Part shown: positions 1 through 8,835 of the stretch, in pieces
Position numbering within the stretch: the stretch's first letter is position 1
Layout of the letters: every line of letters starts with the position of its first letter
From: Candidatus Campbellbacteria bacterium
Lineage (GTDB): Bacteria; Patescibacteriota; Minisyncoccia; Phycocordibacterales; EsbW-18
Length of the DNA: 57,377 bases
Assembly: GCA_016699465.1 (NCBI GenBank)
Contig: CP064977.1
Coordinates: 685,739-743,115, forward strand
Direction of reading: 5' to 3'
Position numbers and translations under genes: made by a program
Notes under the pieces: model-generated
Databases searched by the model: none
What the model saw: only the letters and a program-made list of their open reading frames with translations
What the model was told of the DNA's origin: nothing

Positions 1-245
1 AAATTTCAAAAGGAGAGCCGACAGTTAATCACGATCATACATGTTATTTTAATAGCAAAACTCTTAAGCAGCTTTTGGAAAAAAATGGCTGGGAAGTGGT
101 GTCTGTTGGATATATCTATTCGCTAGATGTAGAGTATGTTGAAAGTTTGAAAAAAAAATTACTTAATATGTTGTATTGGATTTTAAGTACATTTACGGAT
201 GTGTATATGGAGACACTTGTTGTTATTGCGCAAAAAAAGATATGA
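1..245 (+). CDS. Class I SAM-dependent methyltransferase, C-terminal fragment (5' end outside window)
   Basis: Frame 3 is open from the window edge to TGA 243-245. The tail ...HDHTCYFNSKTLKQLLEKNGWEVVSVGYIY... resembles methyltransferase C-termini. The stop overlaps the next ATG (ATGA). Confidence 0.5.
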   Translation, partial: ISKGEPTVNHDHTCYFNSKTLKQLLEKNGWEVVSVGYIYSLDVEYVESLKKKLLNMLYWILSTFTDVYMETLVVIAQKKI

Positions 246-877
246 ATGTTATACAAATTATCAAGGGCATCATTCGTGGTCAAAGTCTTGTCCGTATACT
301 AATGAATGAAAGTCTTTCTGAAGTAATAATTGATGGAAAAGTGTTAGATGTTGGCGGTGCGCGAAGTCCAGATTATTTCAACTTTTTGAAGAAAAAAGGA
401 GATGTGGATATAGATGTGGTCGATGGTTCTATTCAAGAAATAAATTTTGAAAAAGATCCTTTACCGTATATTTCAGAAGCATACAAGACGATTATTGTAT
501 GTAATGTGTTGGAGCATGTTTTTAACCACGAATTTCTTACACGAGAAATGTTTCGTGTTTTAAAAAAGGAAGGAAGTCTTGTGGGATTTGTTCCTTTTTT
601 TGTACAGTATCACCCTGATCCACATGATTATTTTCGATATACAAAAGAATCTCTTATTAAAATATTGGGAAATGTGGGTTTTGTGGGTGTGTGCGTCAGA
701 GAAATTGGAGGGGGTCCATTTTTTGTAAGTTTTAATACGGTTATGCTTTCAATTCCGAGGGTTTTCCGGGCGCTTATATTTCCTGTTTTTCTCTTTCTTG
801 ATCGTATATTTTTATGGTTTAGGCCATGTGCACGCGAACGATTTCCACTCGGGTATCTTTTTCTTGCAAAAAAATAA
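242..877 (+). CDS. SAM-dependent methyltransferase (type 11-like)
   Basis: ORF 176..877, start trimmed to ATG 242 (MNVIQIIK), which overlaps the upstream stop. Motifs VLDVGGARSPDYF and IVCNVLEHVFNHEFLTREMFRVLKKEGSL. Confidence 0.8.
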   Translation: MNVIQIIKGIIRGQSLVRILMNESLSEVIIDGKVLDVGGARSPDYFNFLKKKGDVDIDVVDGSIQEINFEKDPLPYISEAYKTIIVCNVLEHVFNHEFLTREMFRVLKKEGSLVGFVPFFVQYHPDPHDYFRYTKESLIKILGNVGFVGVCVREIGGGPFFVSFNTVMLSIPRVFRALIFPVFLFLDRIFLWFRPCARERFPLGYLFLAKK

Positions 878-879
878 GC

Positions 880-1932
880 ATGTTGAAACTTTTTATTGGT
901 CCAGAAAAAGACGGTGTTGGAATCATACGATTACTTGCAAAGTATAGGGGTATAAATAAAACAAGCTCCCAATTATTTCAACCAGTGAATGTTCCTGTTG
1001 AAGATATTTTTTGTATCGTCAATTCAATTAGTGATGCGGATGCAATTTTGTTCCCACACGACTATGCTTCGGTTAAGAATGATGATGATTTTATTGCGAC
1101 GTATGAAAAATTGTCTGAAGTGTACAATAAAAAAATAATTGTGTTTTCGGTTTCTGATAGGGATATTTTTGTATTATTTAAAAACGCGATTATTCTCAGG
1201 ACCTCGGCATATCGTTATAAACTTCGTTCCAATGAAATTATAGTTGCTCCATTTATTGAGGACATGGGGTTATTGTATGGAGTTTCTGTGCGACATAAAA
1301 CCAATGCGTCACCAATCGTTGGTTTCGCAGGGCTTGCACAATGGTGGACGATATATGCGCGAGTGAAGGCATATGTAAAACAGTTCTTGCTTTCTTGTCG
1401 GGTTTTATATACAGGAAGGGAAGAAATACGTGCTCATACACAGGGTATTTTTATACGACGACAAGCCCTCAGGGCTCTGGGTATGTTTCAAGGTGTCCGT
1501 CTCTGTGTGATTATTAGAAATTCATTTTCAGGATTGGCTCGGACAATTAATGTACCTCAAAAACAATTACGTGATGAATACGTAGAAATAATGCAGCAAA
1601 GTGATTTTTGTCTTGCCCCAAAAGGAGACGGAAATTATTCGTTACGTTTTTTTGAAACACTTGCATTGGGAAGGATTCCAGTTCTTGTTGATACTGAGAT
1701 GGTGTTGCCTTTTGAAGATAAAATTAATTATGACAATGTCATTATCCGTGTGCCACTGCGTGATATTAAGAGTATTGGAAATATAATTGCGAATACGTAT
1801 ATGAATATGACAGACGAAGATTTTGTACAACGGCAACACTATGCGCGAAAAATTTTTGAAGATTTTTTAAGACCAGAGAAATTTTACGCGATCCTTTTTA
1901 GTGAGCTTGCAACTCAATTTCATTCAGGATAG
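880..1932 (+). CDS. Exostosin-family (GT47-like) glycosyltransferase
   Basis: ORF 826..1932, start trimmed to ATG 880 (MLKLFIGPEK), just after the upstream stop. Motif DFCLAPKGDGNYSLRFFETLALGRIPVLV is typical of exostosin-like proteins. Confidence 0.7.
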   Translation: MLKLFIGPEKDGVGIIRLLAKYRGINKTSSQLFQPVNVPVEDIFCIVNSISDADAILFPHDYASVKNDDDFIATYEKLSEVYNKKIIVFSVSDRDIFVLFKNAIILRTSAYRYKLRSNEIIVAPFIEDMGLLYGVSVRHKTNASPIVGFAGLAQWWTIYARVKAYVKQFLLSCRVLYTGREEIRAHTQGIFIRRQALRALGMFQGVRLCVIIRNSFSGLARTINVPQKQLRDEYVEIMQQSDFCLAPKGDGNYSLRFFETLALGRIPVLVDTEMVLPFEDKINYDNVIIRVPLRDIKSIGNIIANTYMNMTDEDFVQRQHYARKIFEDFLRPEKFYAILFSELATQFHSG

Positions 1933-1941
1933 TGTGTTGGT

Positions 1942-2742
1942 ATGAAAGAAATTTCAGGTGATATACCTCTTTCCTGGGATGCAAAGATTTGGTATTTGGC
2001 ATACAACACTGTCAGGAATCTATGTGAATTGCGCTATCCGCTCCGCATGTTGTTTTGGCATGCAACTTTTTCAGATGAAACAAGCGATTCTCCAATGCGT
2101 TCGTATCTCGACGCGTTTATGCGTACTGAACTTCCACGGCTAGTACCACCTCATCCGCTCTCTGTTTTTGATATTGGTTGTGGAACTGCGTATATGCGAT
2201 CGGTGTTGGTGCAGGGTGGATACAGTGGTTTTTATACGGGGGTTGATGTTGTGCGCGAACCAAGGTTTGATGCACACGCATATCCAGAATTTCAAACAAC
2301 ATTTTTAAATCAAGACGTCACTGCGTGTAGTACGGAGAAGAAATTCGATCTTGTTATTTCAAATACATCACTTGAACATGTTGTGAATGATACGGCAGTG
2401 GTGGGTATTGCAAGAGCGGTAACGGCGAAGGGTGGTATTGAAGTGCACATTGTTCCATCATTGTGGTCATTACCACTCTATTTGTGGCATGGATATCGGC
2501 AATATACACCAGCTCGAATTCGACGTTTATTTAAGGGGACACGATATATGACATATAGAATGGGGGGATTGGCATCATTTTTTTTGCATCTTTTTTCCAT
2601 TACACTACTCGAACGAATTTTTGGATACTATGGCTTCAGAAAAAAACCTATGTATGTACACTTGAAAAAAATAGCACGAAGAGGGGACGCGTTTCTTCCA
2701 TGGTGCTCAGTATTATATGCGGTTATCGTCTTTCATGAATAA
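1942..2742 (+). CDS. Class I SAM-dependent methyltransferase
   Basis: VFDIGCGTAYM (motif I) and DLVISNTSLEHVVND. Confidence 0.75.
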   Translation: MKEISGDIPLSWDAKIWYLAYNTVRNLCELRYPLRMLFWHATFSDETSDSPMRSYLDAFMRTELPRLVPPHPLSVFDIGCGTAYMRSVLVQGGYSGFYTGVDVVREPRFDAHAYPEFQTTFLNQDVTACSTEKKFDLVISNTSLEHVVNDTAVVGIARAVTAKGGIEVHIVPSLWSLPLYLWHGYRQYTPARIRRLFKGTRYMTYRMGGLASFFLHLFSITLLERIFGYYGFRKKPMYVHLKKIARRGDAFLPWCSVLYAVIVFHE

Positions 2743-3868
2743 CAATACTACAAAGAAAAAAATACATGTAGTTTTTGTGCTTCCGAGTTTGCTGTCGGGA
2801 GGGGGTATTGAAATGCACACACTAAAACTTCTCAGGCACTTTAATCGAGAACATTTTCACTTTTCCCTCATAACATTATTTGAGCGGCCATCATTGCCAT
2901 CTTTGTATAATACAGTTCCGCACGATGTCGAGGTGTATCGCTTGCATTTTTCAGGTCCATATAATGGTGGACAGTGGAAAGCATTGTGTGTCATTTTGAA
3001 GCGCATTTGTCCTGACGTGGTGGTGAGTAGTATGTTTTCAGCGAATGCAATTGTTCGTCTTTTAAAACCATTTTTTTCATACAAAGTGATTACCCGAGAA
3101 CATAATACATATGAAGAAAAGAAATTGTACCACCGCTTAATTGATTGCGTTTTAGCATTTTTTTCTGAAATAATTCTAGCGGTTTCGTCGACGGTTGCTG
3201 ATTTCATTTCAAAACAGGCTTGGATTAAGAGGGAAAAAATTATTGTGGTACACAATGGTGTTGATTGTGAGGCAATACACATGTTTTTAAAAGAAAAAGG
3301 GGAGGGTGAGGTGTATCGTGTGCGAAACGAGATAGCTTTAAATGATAACGAAAAAATTATTCTCAACGTCGCTCGCTTGAAGCCGCAAAAAAATCACACA
3401 CTTCTCATAGATGCTTTTGAGCTGTTTGTGCAAACCCACCCACTGCATCATCTTGTTATTGTTGGAAATGGAATAGAAAGAGACGCGCTTACTGCGTACA
3501 TTCAAAAAAGGGGATTACAGCGGAAGGTACATTTACTCGGATATCGAGACGATGTATTTGCGTGGTATGCGGCAAGTGATTTTTTTGTTCTTACATCAAA
3601 ACGTGAGGGATTTCCGAATGTGGGCGTTGAGGCATTGGCATTTGGTCTTCCTATGATTTCAACTCGAGTACCTGGCGTTGATGAGTTTCTTGTGGATGAT
3701 AAAAATGGGTTTATTGTCGCATCTAATGTTCTGGATCTAGCCAATAAAATGAACAGTATTGCTGAAGATCCTAAAAAATATGAAGAAAATTGTAAGAAGA
3801 CCGCACAGCTGTTTGATATTAGAAAAATTGCAAAAGCGTATGAAACTCTTTTTTATAGTACGGTATGA
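2735..3868 (+). CDS. Glycosyltransferase family 4
   Basis: ORF 2717..3868; ATG 2735 (MNNNTTKKKIHVVFVLPS) overlaps the upstream stop by 8 nt. C-terminal signature KREGFPNVGVEALAFGLPMISTRVPGVDEFLVDDKNGFIV. Confidence 0.85.
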   Translation: MNNNTTKKKIHVVFVLPSLLSGGGIEMHTLKLLRHFNREHFHFSLITLFERPSLPSLYNTVPHDVEVYRLHFSGPYNGGQWKALCVILKRICPDVVVSSMFSANAIVRLLKPFFSYKVITREHNTYEEKKLYHRLIDCVLAFFSEIILAVSSTVADFISKQAWIKREKIIVVHNGVDCEAIHMFLKEKGEGEVYRVRNEIALNDNEKIILNVARLKPQKNHTLLIDAFELFVQTHPLHHLVIVGNGIERDALTAYIQKRGLQRKVHLLGYRDDVFAWYAASDFFVLTSKREGFPNVGVEALAFGLPMISTRVPGVDEFLVDDKNGFIVASNVLDLANKMNSIAEDPKKYEENCKKTAQLFDIRKIAKAYETLFYSTV

Positions 3869-4761
3869 AAGTTAGTATTATCATAACAACGTACAATCGG
3901 GCTCTAACACTCCACAAGGCACTCGAGAGTGTTTTGAAACAAACATACTCTGATATTGAGGTGTTGGTTGTTGATGATGGTTCGACCGATGGTACTGGTG
4001 AGTTCATGAGGACAATGACGGATTTTCGGGTGCGATATATCAGACTTTCAACAAATAGTGGGGCGTCAGTAGCTCGTAACCGGGGTATTCAAGAAGCGAG
4101 TGGTGGGTATATTCTTGTGTGGGATAGTGATGATGTTCTTTATTTGCACGCTCTCGAAAAAATCATTTCTGTTTTTGACCGACATTCCGAAATATCAATT
4201 GTGTCTGCTCCTGCACGAGTACTTGTGGCTGGAAAAGAGCAAAAGTATCTCCATTTTCCAACAGGAGAAGTTGAGCTTTCCGACGTTTTGTGTAAAAAAA
4301 TTCCAAGTAATGAAAAAGTTCGAGTTACTCGTTCAGATGTGATGAAGCGTGTGTCATACAAATCAAGGAATATAGATTTTTTGGTGAATGTTGAGCTTAT
4401 TGAAAAAGGAAAATGGTACCATCTTGATGAGGTTCTTGGTGATGTACACAATGATCCTAATTCTGGTTCATTAACAGCATCGAGAAAAAAGAAAAATGCT
4501 CAGTATGCAATTGAGCGCGCACCATATCTCGTTGCCTTTCTACAAAAGCATGGAGATATATTAAAAAATGTATGCCTGGGACGGTACGCGGCGTATTGCT
4601 ACGGCGCAAGCGTGGGATTACTACTCTCGGGAGATGTGCTTTTGGCGCGCTCATTTTCTCGCGAGGCGTGTAGATACGACAATGTAAATCTTAAGTATTG
4701 GGGGTTCCTATTTCTAGCACATATTCCAGGTGGTTCGTGTTTGCTACGAATATTCTATTAA
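3865..4761 (+). CDS. Glycosyltransferase family 2
   Basis: KVSIIITTYNRALTLHKALESVLKQTYSDIEVLVVDDGSTDGT and a WDSDD motif. ATGA overlap with the GT4 stop. Confidence 0.85.
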   Translation: MKVSIIITTYNRALTLHKALESVLKQTYSDIEVLVVDDGSTDGTGEFMRTMTDFRVRYIRLSTNSGASVARNRGIQEASGGYILVWDSDDVLYLHALEKIISVFDRHSEISIVSAPARVLVAGKEQKYLHFPTGEVELSDVLCKKIPSNEKVRVTRSDVMKRVSYKSRNIDFLVNVELIEKGKWYHLDEVLGDVHNDPNSGSLTASRKKKNAQYAIERAPYLVAFLQKHGDILKNVCLGRYAAYCYGASVGLLLSGDVLLARSFSREACRYDNVNLKYWGFLFLAHIPGGSCLLRIFY

Positions 4762-4791
4762 GAACATTTTTTGCGTGTAATCTCTTTTTAA

Positions 4792-6087
4792 TTAGTTTTC
4801 TATAGTGGGTGTGTTATAGCTTATTTTTTGAGCGTCTTTAGAGAGTTTAAAAAATATACTTACAATAATAATAAGGCGAACAAATTCCATGGTGATGATG
4901 GAAATGAGAGCGCCCCAGATACCGTATACAGGAAGGAGAATGAAAAGGAGTAGTATCTTTGTTGCGGGGACAATAGTTTGGAGTATATAGAGCCATTTTT
5001 GTTGCATTTGTCCAACAAGAAATTGTTGAAATAAAACTGCCGGGAAAAAAAGTATTACAAGTGAAAATACTTGGGAATAACGAATTGCTTCAATGTAGTT
5101 TGGAAAAAAGAATGTAAAAAACCATGGGGCTATAGCAATATAAAAAAGTACAATACTAAGAGCTCCACAAAATACAAGCAATGCCTTTCGGGGAAGTGTT
5201 TTGTATAGCGGTAACGGATCAGCGGCACTAAACTTAGGCAATGATATTGTTGCAAGCAGTTTACTTCCAAATCGTAATTGTTGTGGTGCCGCAAGTGCAA
5301 TGGTATACAGTGCCATTTGAACAGCTCCTAGGTAGTGAAAAACCAGGAGGCGATCTAGTTGCATTGAGATAGAACCAAGTACATTTATAACACTTAAATG
5401 TTTTCCATAGGTTAGCATTTTTGATTCGGTTTTTTGTGGTGGATTGTATCGTGTAAGCGTGATCTTATAAAAAATCATTCCAGTGAGAGCGCTTATTCCA
5501 AAAAATGCCATCACAAGAAAAGGTGTTGCAGCTGTAAAGAGTGAAACAATTCCAGTCGCGAGTAGTGGGGTAATGGTGTATACCACACCAAAAATAGTTT
5601 CTGTTTTGAATTCCTTTTTTCCGATAAGGAAAGGACTAAAAAAACTACCCGCTTGAGAAAAGGGAATAGTGATACCGATAATCACTAGCGACCACCCAAG
5701 AGCGACGTTTCCTTGTATAAAATAATATACAGCCGAACCCCACGCTACAACAGTCATCAATACACTCCACGAGAGAAACGTTTTGAATCCTTGGCGAACA
5801 ACGCCGTCATTTCCGCGTGCTACGGATTGAATAATGGCAGTTCCCATTCCTGTTAACGAGAATGCGGTTATAATTCCTGCAAACGATTGGATAAATTTAT
5901 AATTACCGAGAGCTTCTTTTGAAATAGTGTTTGCAAGTAGCAGTGTAAGTAAGAATCCAGAGCCAGCACCCATTATTCGTCCGAATGTTATCCAAAAACC
6001 ACCCTTTGCTAGATAGAGCATGTCTGTTTTTGTGTATCGTTCGCTCCAGCGAAGTGCAGCAACCATCTTTTTTTTGAGCTCGTCCAT
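4792..6087 (-). CDS. Polysaccharide/oligosaccharide flippase (Wzx-like, MOP superfamily)
   Basis: 431 aa, hydrophobic throughout with about 12 predicted TM segments. The N-terminus ...YLAKGGFWITFGRIMG.. and its glycan-locus context fit Wzx-type exporters. Confidence 0.7.
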   Translation of the reverse strand: MDELKKKMVAALRWSERYTKTDMLYLAKGGFWITFGRIMGAGSGFLLTLLLANTISKEALGNYKFIQSFAGIITAFSLTGMGTAIIQSVARGNDGVVRQGFKTFLSWSVLMTVVAWGSAVYYFIQGNVALGWSLVIIGITIPFSQAGSFFSPFLIGKKEFKTETIFGVVYTITPLLATGIVSLFTAATPFLVMAFFGISALTGMIFYKITLTRYNPPQKTESKMLTYGKHLSVINVLGSISMQLDRLLVFHYLGAVQMALYTIALAAPQQLRFGSKLLATISLPKFSAADPLPLYKTLPRKALLVFCGALSIVLFYIAIAPWFFTFFFPNYIEAIRYSQVFSLVILFFPAVLFQQFLVGQMQQKWLYILQTIVPATKILLLFILLPVYGIWGALISIITMEFVRLIIIVSIFFKLSKDAQKISYNTPTIEN

Positions 6088-6232
6088 GTGTGGTAGTGTA
6101 CCCCGTTAGAAACAGGAAACCAAATGGTTTTTTAGTTCGTATACAATCACGGGTTCTGCTTGGTGTGTGTTCATATATACCACCGACCGAAGAGTCGACC
6201 ATCCTTTTTTAAGGTGCTATAGTATCTCGCAT

Positions 6233-8464
6233 ATGCAACGTATTCTTGAAAAATGTAGTATTGCAGGTTTGTTACTTATCCCGTTTGTGCCGTTTGTGGT
6301 GACGGGATCGATGTTTTTTCCATTTATCACAGGTAAGGCGTTTGTCTTCCGTGGTATTGTCGGTATTGTAGTGGCTTTGTGGTGTGCTCTTATGGTGTAT
6401 GACACATCATATATTCCAAGAAAGAACCCAATACTTTTTGCGGTCCTTGGTTTTTTTGGAATTGTCGCACTTGCAGATATTTTTGGCGTACACTTTGTGC
6501 GAAGTATGTGGAGCAACTTTGAGCGCATGGAGGGGTTGGTTACCTTTGTATATCTCTGCGCATTTTTTGTAGTGAGTTCAACAATACTTACACGTACCAA
6601 TATGTGGAAGGCGTTTTGGAATACATCGATTGTCGCCAGTTGTATGGTTGGGGTATATGCGCTTTTTCAGGTCGCAGGAAGTATTGCAATTTCACAGGGA
6701 GGAGCGCGTGTTGACGCAACGCTCGGCAATTCCATTTACTTAGCAGTCTACATGCTCTTTCATATTTTTGTGACGTTGTGGTTTTTGTACCAAAATCGCT
6801 TGTCACGAGCACGTTCTGTTGTGTATGCACTGGCCATCCTCATACAGTTCATCGCGCTTTTTTACACGGGAACTCGAGGTACAATGCTCGGTCTTTTTGC
6901 AGGATTAGGACTTACTGCACTTCTTATTGCGTGGCGTGGGAAAGAACATCCTCGTCTACGCAGGTTGTCTCTCGGTTTTATTGTGGTCGTTCTTGTGTTA
7001 GTTGGAGGTTTTGTTATTGTTCGCAAATCATCTTTTGTACAAGGGAATGAAATGCTACAACGTTTCGCGAATGTTTCTTTTGTTGACGGAACAGTCCAGT
7101 CACGTCTTGTGTTGTGGAGTGGTATTGCAAAAGATGGATTTCTCGAGCGACCGGTACTGGGGTGGGGGCAAGATAACTTTATTGTGGTATTTGGAAAATA
7201 CTATGATCCACGAATGTATCAACAAGAGCCGTGGTTTGATCGTGCCCACAGTGTGTTCTTTGATTGGCTTATCTCGGCGGGTGTTCTAGGACTTTTGTCA
7301 TACCTCTCGTTGTTTGGTGTAACGGTGTTTCTTCTTTGGCGTCCAACAACAGATCTCTCGATTCCAGAACGAGCTCTTTTTACGGGCTTACTCGCGGGGT
7401 ATTTCGTACATAATATTTTTGTGTTCGATAATCTCATTAGTTACATTTTCTTTTTCCTTTTTATTGGTTTTGTTGAATCATTTTCTTTTGCTTATCAACG
7501 CAACGGTATACAAGAAAAAAGTATTCGTGAGGGCGCGCTCATTCAAGATGTGTTTCTCCGTAAGGGTACAGCAGTGCTTGGCGCGGGAGTAGTTTTGTTT
7601 CTTGTGTACACAACAACTGTTCCGCATATTGTTGCATCACAGTCGCTCATCAAGGGACTTATTGCTATTGGAAACGGCGAAGATCCTGCAGTTGCGTTTC
7701 CATTGTTTGAGCGAGCATTACAAGATCCTGTAGGAAGAGATGAAACGCGGTTGCAGTTGAGTCGCGTCGCGTTTACTGTTGCCCAAAGTTCCGCTTCTGA
7801 GGATAGTAAGCAAAAGTATCTTGCTCGTGCATATGCAGAGGCACAAAAGGCGGTGCAGGAAGATCCACTGAATACTCGACCAAAATATTTCCTTGCTACG
7901 TTTGAAGCGCGTCTTGGAAATTTTGATGCGGCCATTCGTCTTTTTGAAGAGTTGTTGGCCATTAATCCTGATAGACAAATGTTTTTGAGTGAGTATGGAA
8001 CAATACTTCAATTAAAAGGTGAGGGTATGCGAGCGCGAGATGTGTTTCAAACATTAGTACGACTTGCTCCGACCGATCAGGGGTATGCAGTTCGGTATAT
8101 TGTTTCTTTATTCAACCTGAAAAACCCTTCGGATGCATTACTTTTTGCACGAGAAACATTTGGCACAACAACGGAAAAACTTATTTCAGAAGAATACTAT
8201 CGTGGAAAAGTAACAAGCTATAACGATGCGGTGGAGAGTATTGGTTTTCAAGTTACTCGTGGTGAGCTTCTCAAGAATAAAAATACGGATGAGTATATTT
8301 CAAAAATGAATGAATTAACGAGTGCACATCGAACGGCTGAGGCAGTGCAACTTCTCGATGATGCTATTCGTGTAGACGTAACGATCGCACGTAATGCTCA
8401 AGTAATACGAGAAGCGCTTCAAAAAGGAAACGAGGTATCGATGTCGGCAACAACTACACACTAA
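6233..8464 (+). CDS. O-antigen ligase/polymerase-like (Wzy_C-type) polytopic membrane protein with C-terminal TPR region
   Basis: ORF 6167..8464, start trimmed to ATG 6233, which lies 9 nt after an extended -10 (TGcTATAGT, 6215-6223). Multi-TM N-terminal half with a YTGTRGTMLGLFAGLGL loop typical of Wzy_C/O-antigen-ligase proteins. The soluble C-terminal ~270 aa carries TPR-like repeats (AIRLFEELLAINPDRQ..., ARDVFQTLVRLAPTDQ...). Confidence 0.65.
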   Translation: MQRILEKCSIAGLLLIPFVPFVVTGSMFFPFITGKAFVFRGIVGIVVALWCALMVYDTSYIPRKNPILFAVLGFFGIVALADIFGVHFVRSMWSNFERMEGLVTFVYLCAFFVVSSTILTRTNMWKAFWNTSIVASCMVGVYALFQVAGSIAISQGGARVDATLGNSIYLAVYMLFHIFVTLWFLYQNRLSRARSVVYALAILIQFIALFYTGTRGTMLGLFAGLGLTALLIAWRGKEHPRLRRLSLGFIVVVLVLVGGFVIVRKSSFVQGNEMLQRFANVSFVDGTVQSRLVLWSGIAKDGFLERPVLGWGQDNFIVVFGKYYDPRMYQQEPWFDRAHSVFFDWLISAGVLGLLSYLSLFGVTVFLLWRPTTDLSIPERALFTGLLAGYFVHNIFVFDNLISYIFFFLFIGFVESFSFAYQRNGIQEKSIREGALIQDVFLRKGTAVLGAGVVLFLVYTTTVPHIVASQSLIKGLIAIGNGEDPAVAFPLFERALQDPVGRDETRLQLSRVAFTVAQSSASEDSKQKYLARAYAEAQKAVQEDPLNTRPKYFLATFEARLGNFDAAIRLFEELLAINPDRQMFLSEYGTILQLKGEGMRARDVFQTLVRLAPTDQGYAVRYIVSLFNLKNPSDALLFARETFGTTTEKLISEEYYRGKVTSYNDAVESIGFQVTRGELLKNKNTDEYISKMNELTSAHRTAEAVQLLDDAIRVDVTIARNAQVIREALQKGNEVSMSATTTH

Positions 8465-8470
8465 GAACGC

Positions 8471-8499
8471 TTGCATTTTCTTAGTGTGTATGCTATACT
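8471..8499 (+). promoter_or_regulatory. Sigma70-like promoter (TTGCAT-17 nt-TATACT)
   Basis: TTGCAT 8471-8476, 17-nt spacer, TATACT 8494-8499, directly after the upstream stop codon. Confidence 0.4.
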
Positions 8500-8552
8500 A
8501 CTTTCGTGAGTGCGGTAGCGTGTTAAGCTACTCCACAGATGTTCTGCGAAAG

Positions 8553-8580
8553 CTCCGCCCTTTGGGCGGGGTTTTCGTTC
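8553..8580 (+). terminator. Rho-independent terminator
   Basis: CTCCGCCC-TTT-GGGCGGGG stem followed by TTTTCGTT. Confidence 0.7.
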
Positions 8581-8683
8581 ACGGACAGAAACATATTTGT
8601 ACATAATTTGACATATTGATACAGATTTTAGAAAAAATATAGAGAAAAATTTCATTTTTTTATGATTTTATTACGAAATATGT

Positions 8684-8717
8684 GTCCACGATGTCCACGA
8701 TCGTGAGTATCGTGGAC
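8684..8717. promoter_or_regulatory. Operator-like cluster: GTCCACGAT x2 (direct) plus inverted ATCGTGGAC
   Basis: GTCCACGAT at 8684-8692 and 8693-8701; its reverse complement at 8709-8717. Lies about 120 nt upstream of the giant-protein ATG. Confidence 0.4.
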
Positions 8718-8835
8718 AGGTGGTGTGGTGTGCTTACAAATGAGAAATGGGAGTTGTCCACATTTTCATTAAAAACCTTTTTAAATAAGGGTATATCAGG
8801 ATACAATGTACCTGTTGGAAGGTTTAAATCACGAA

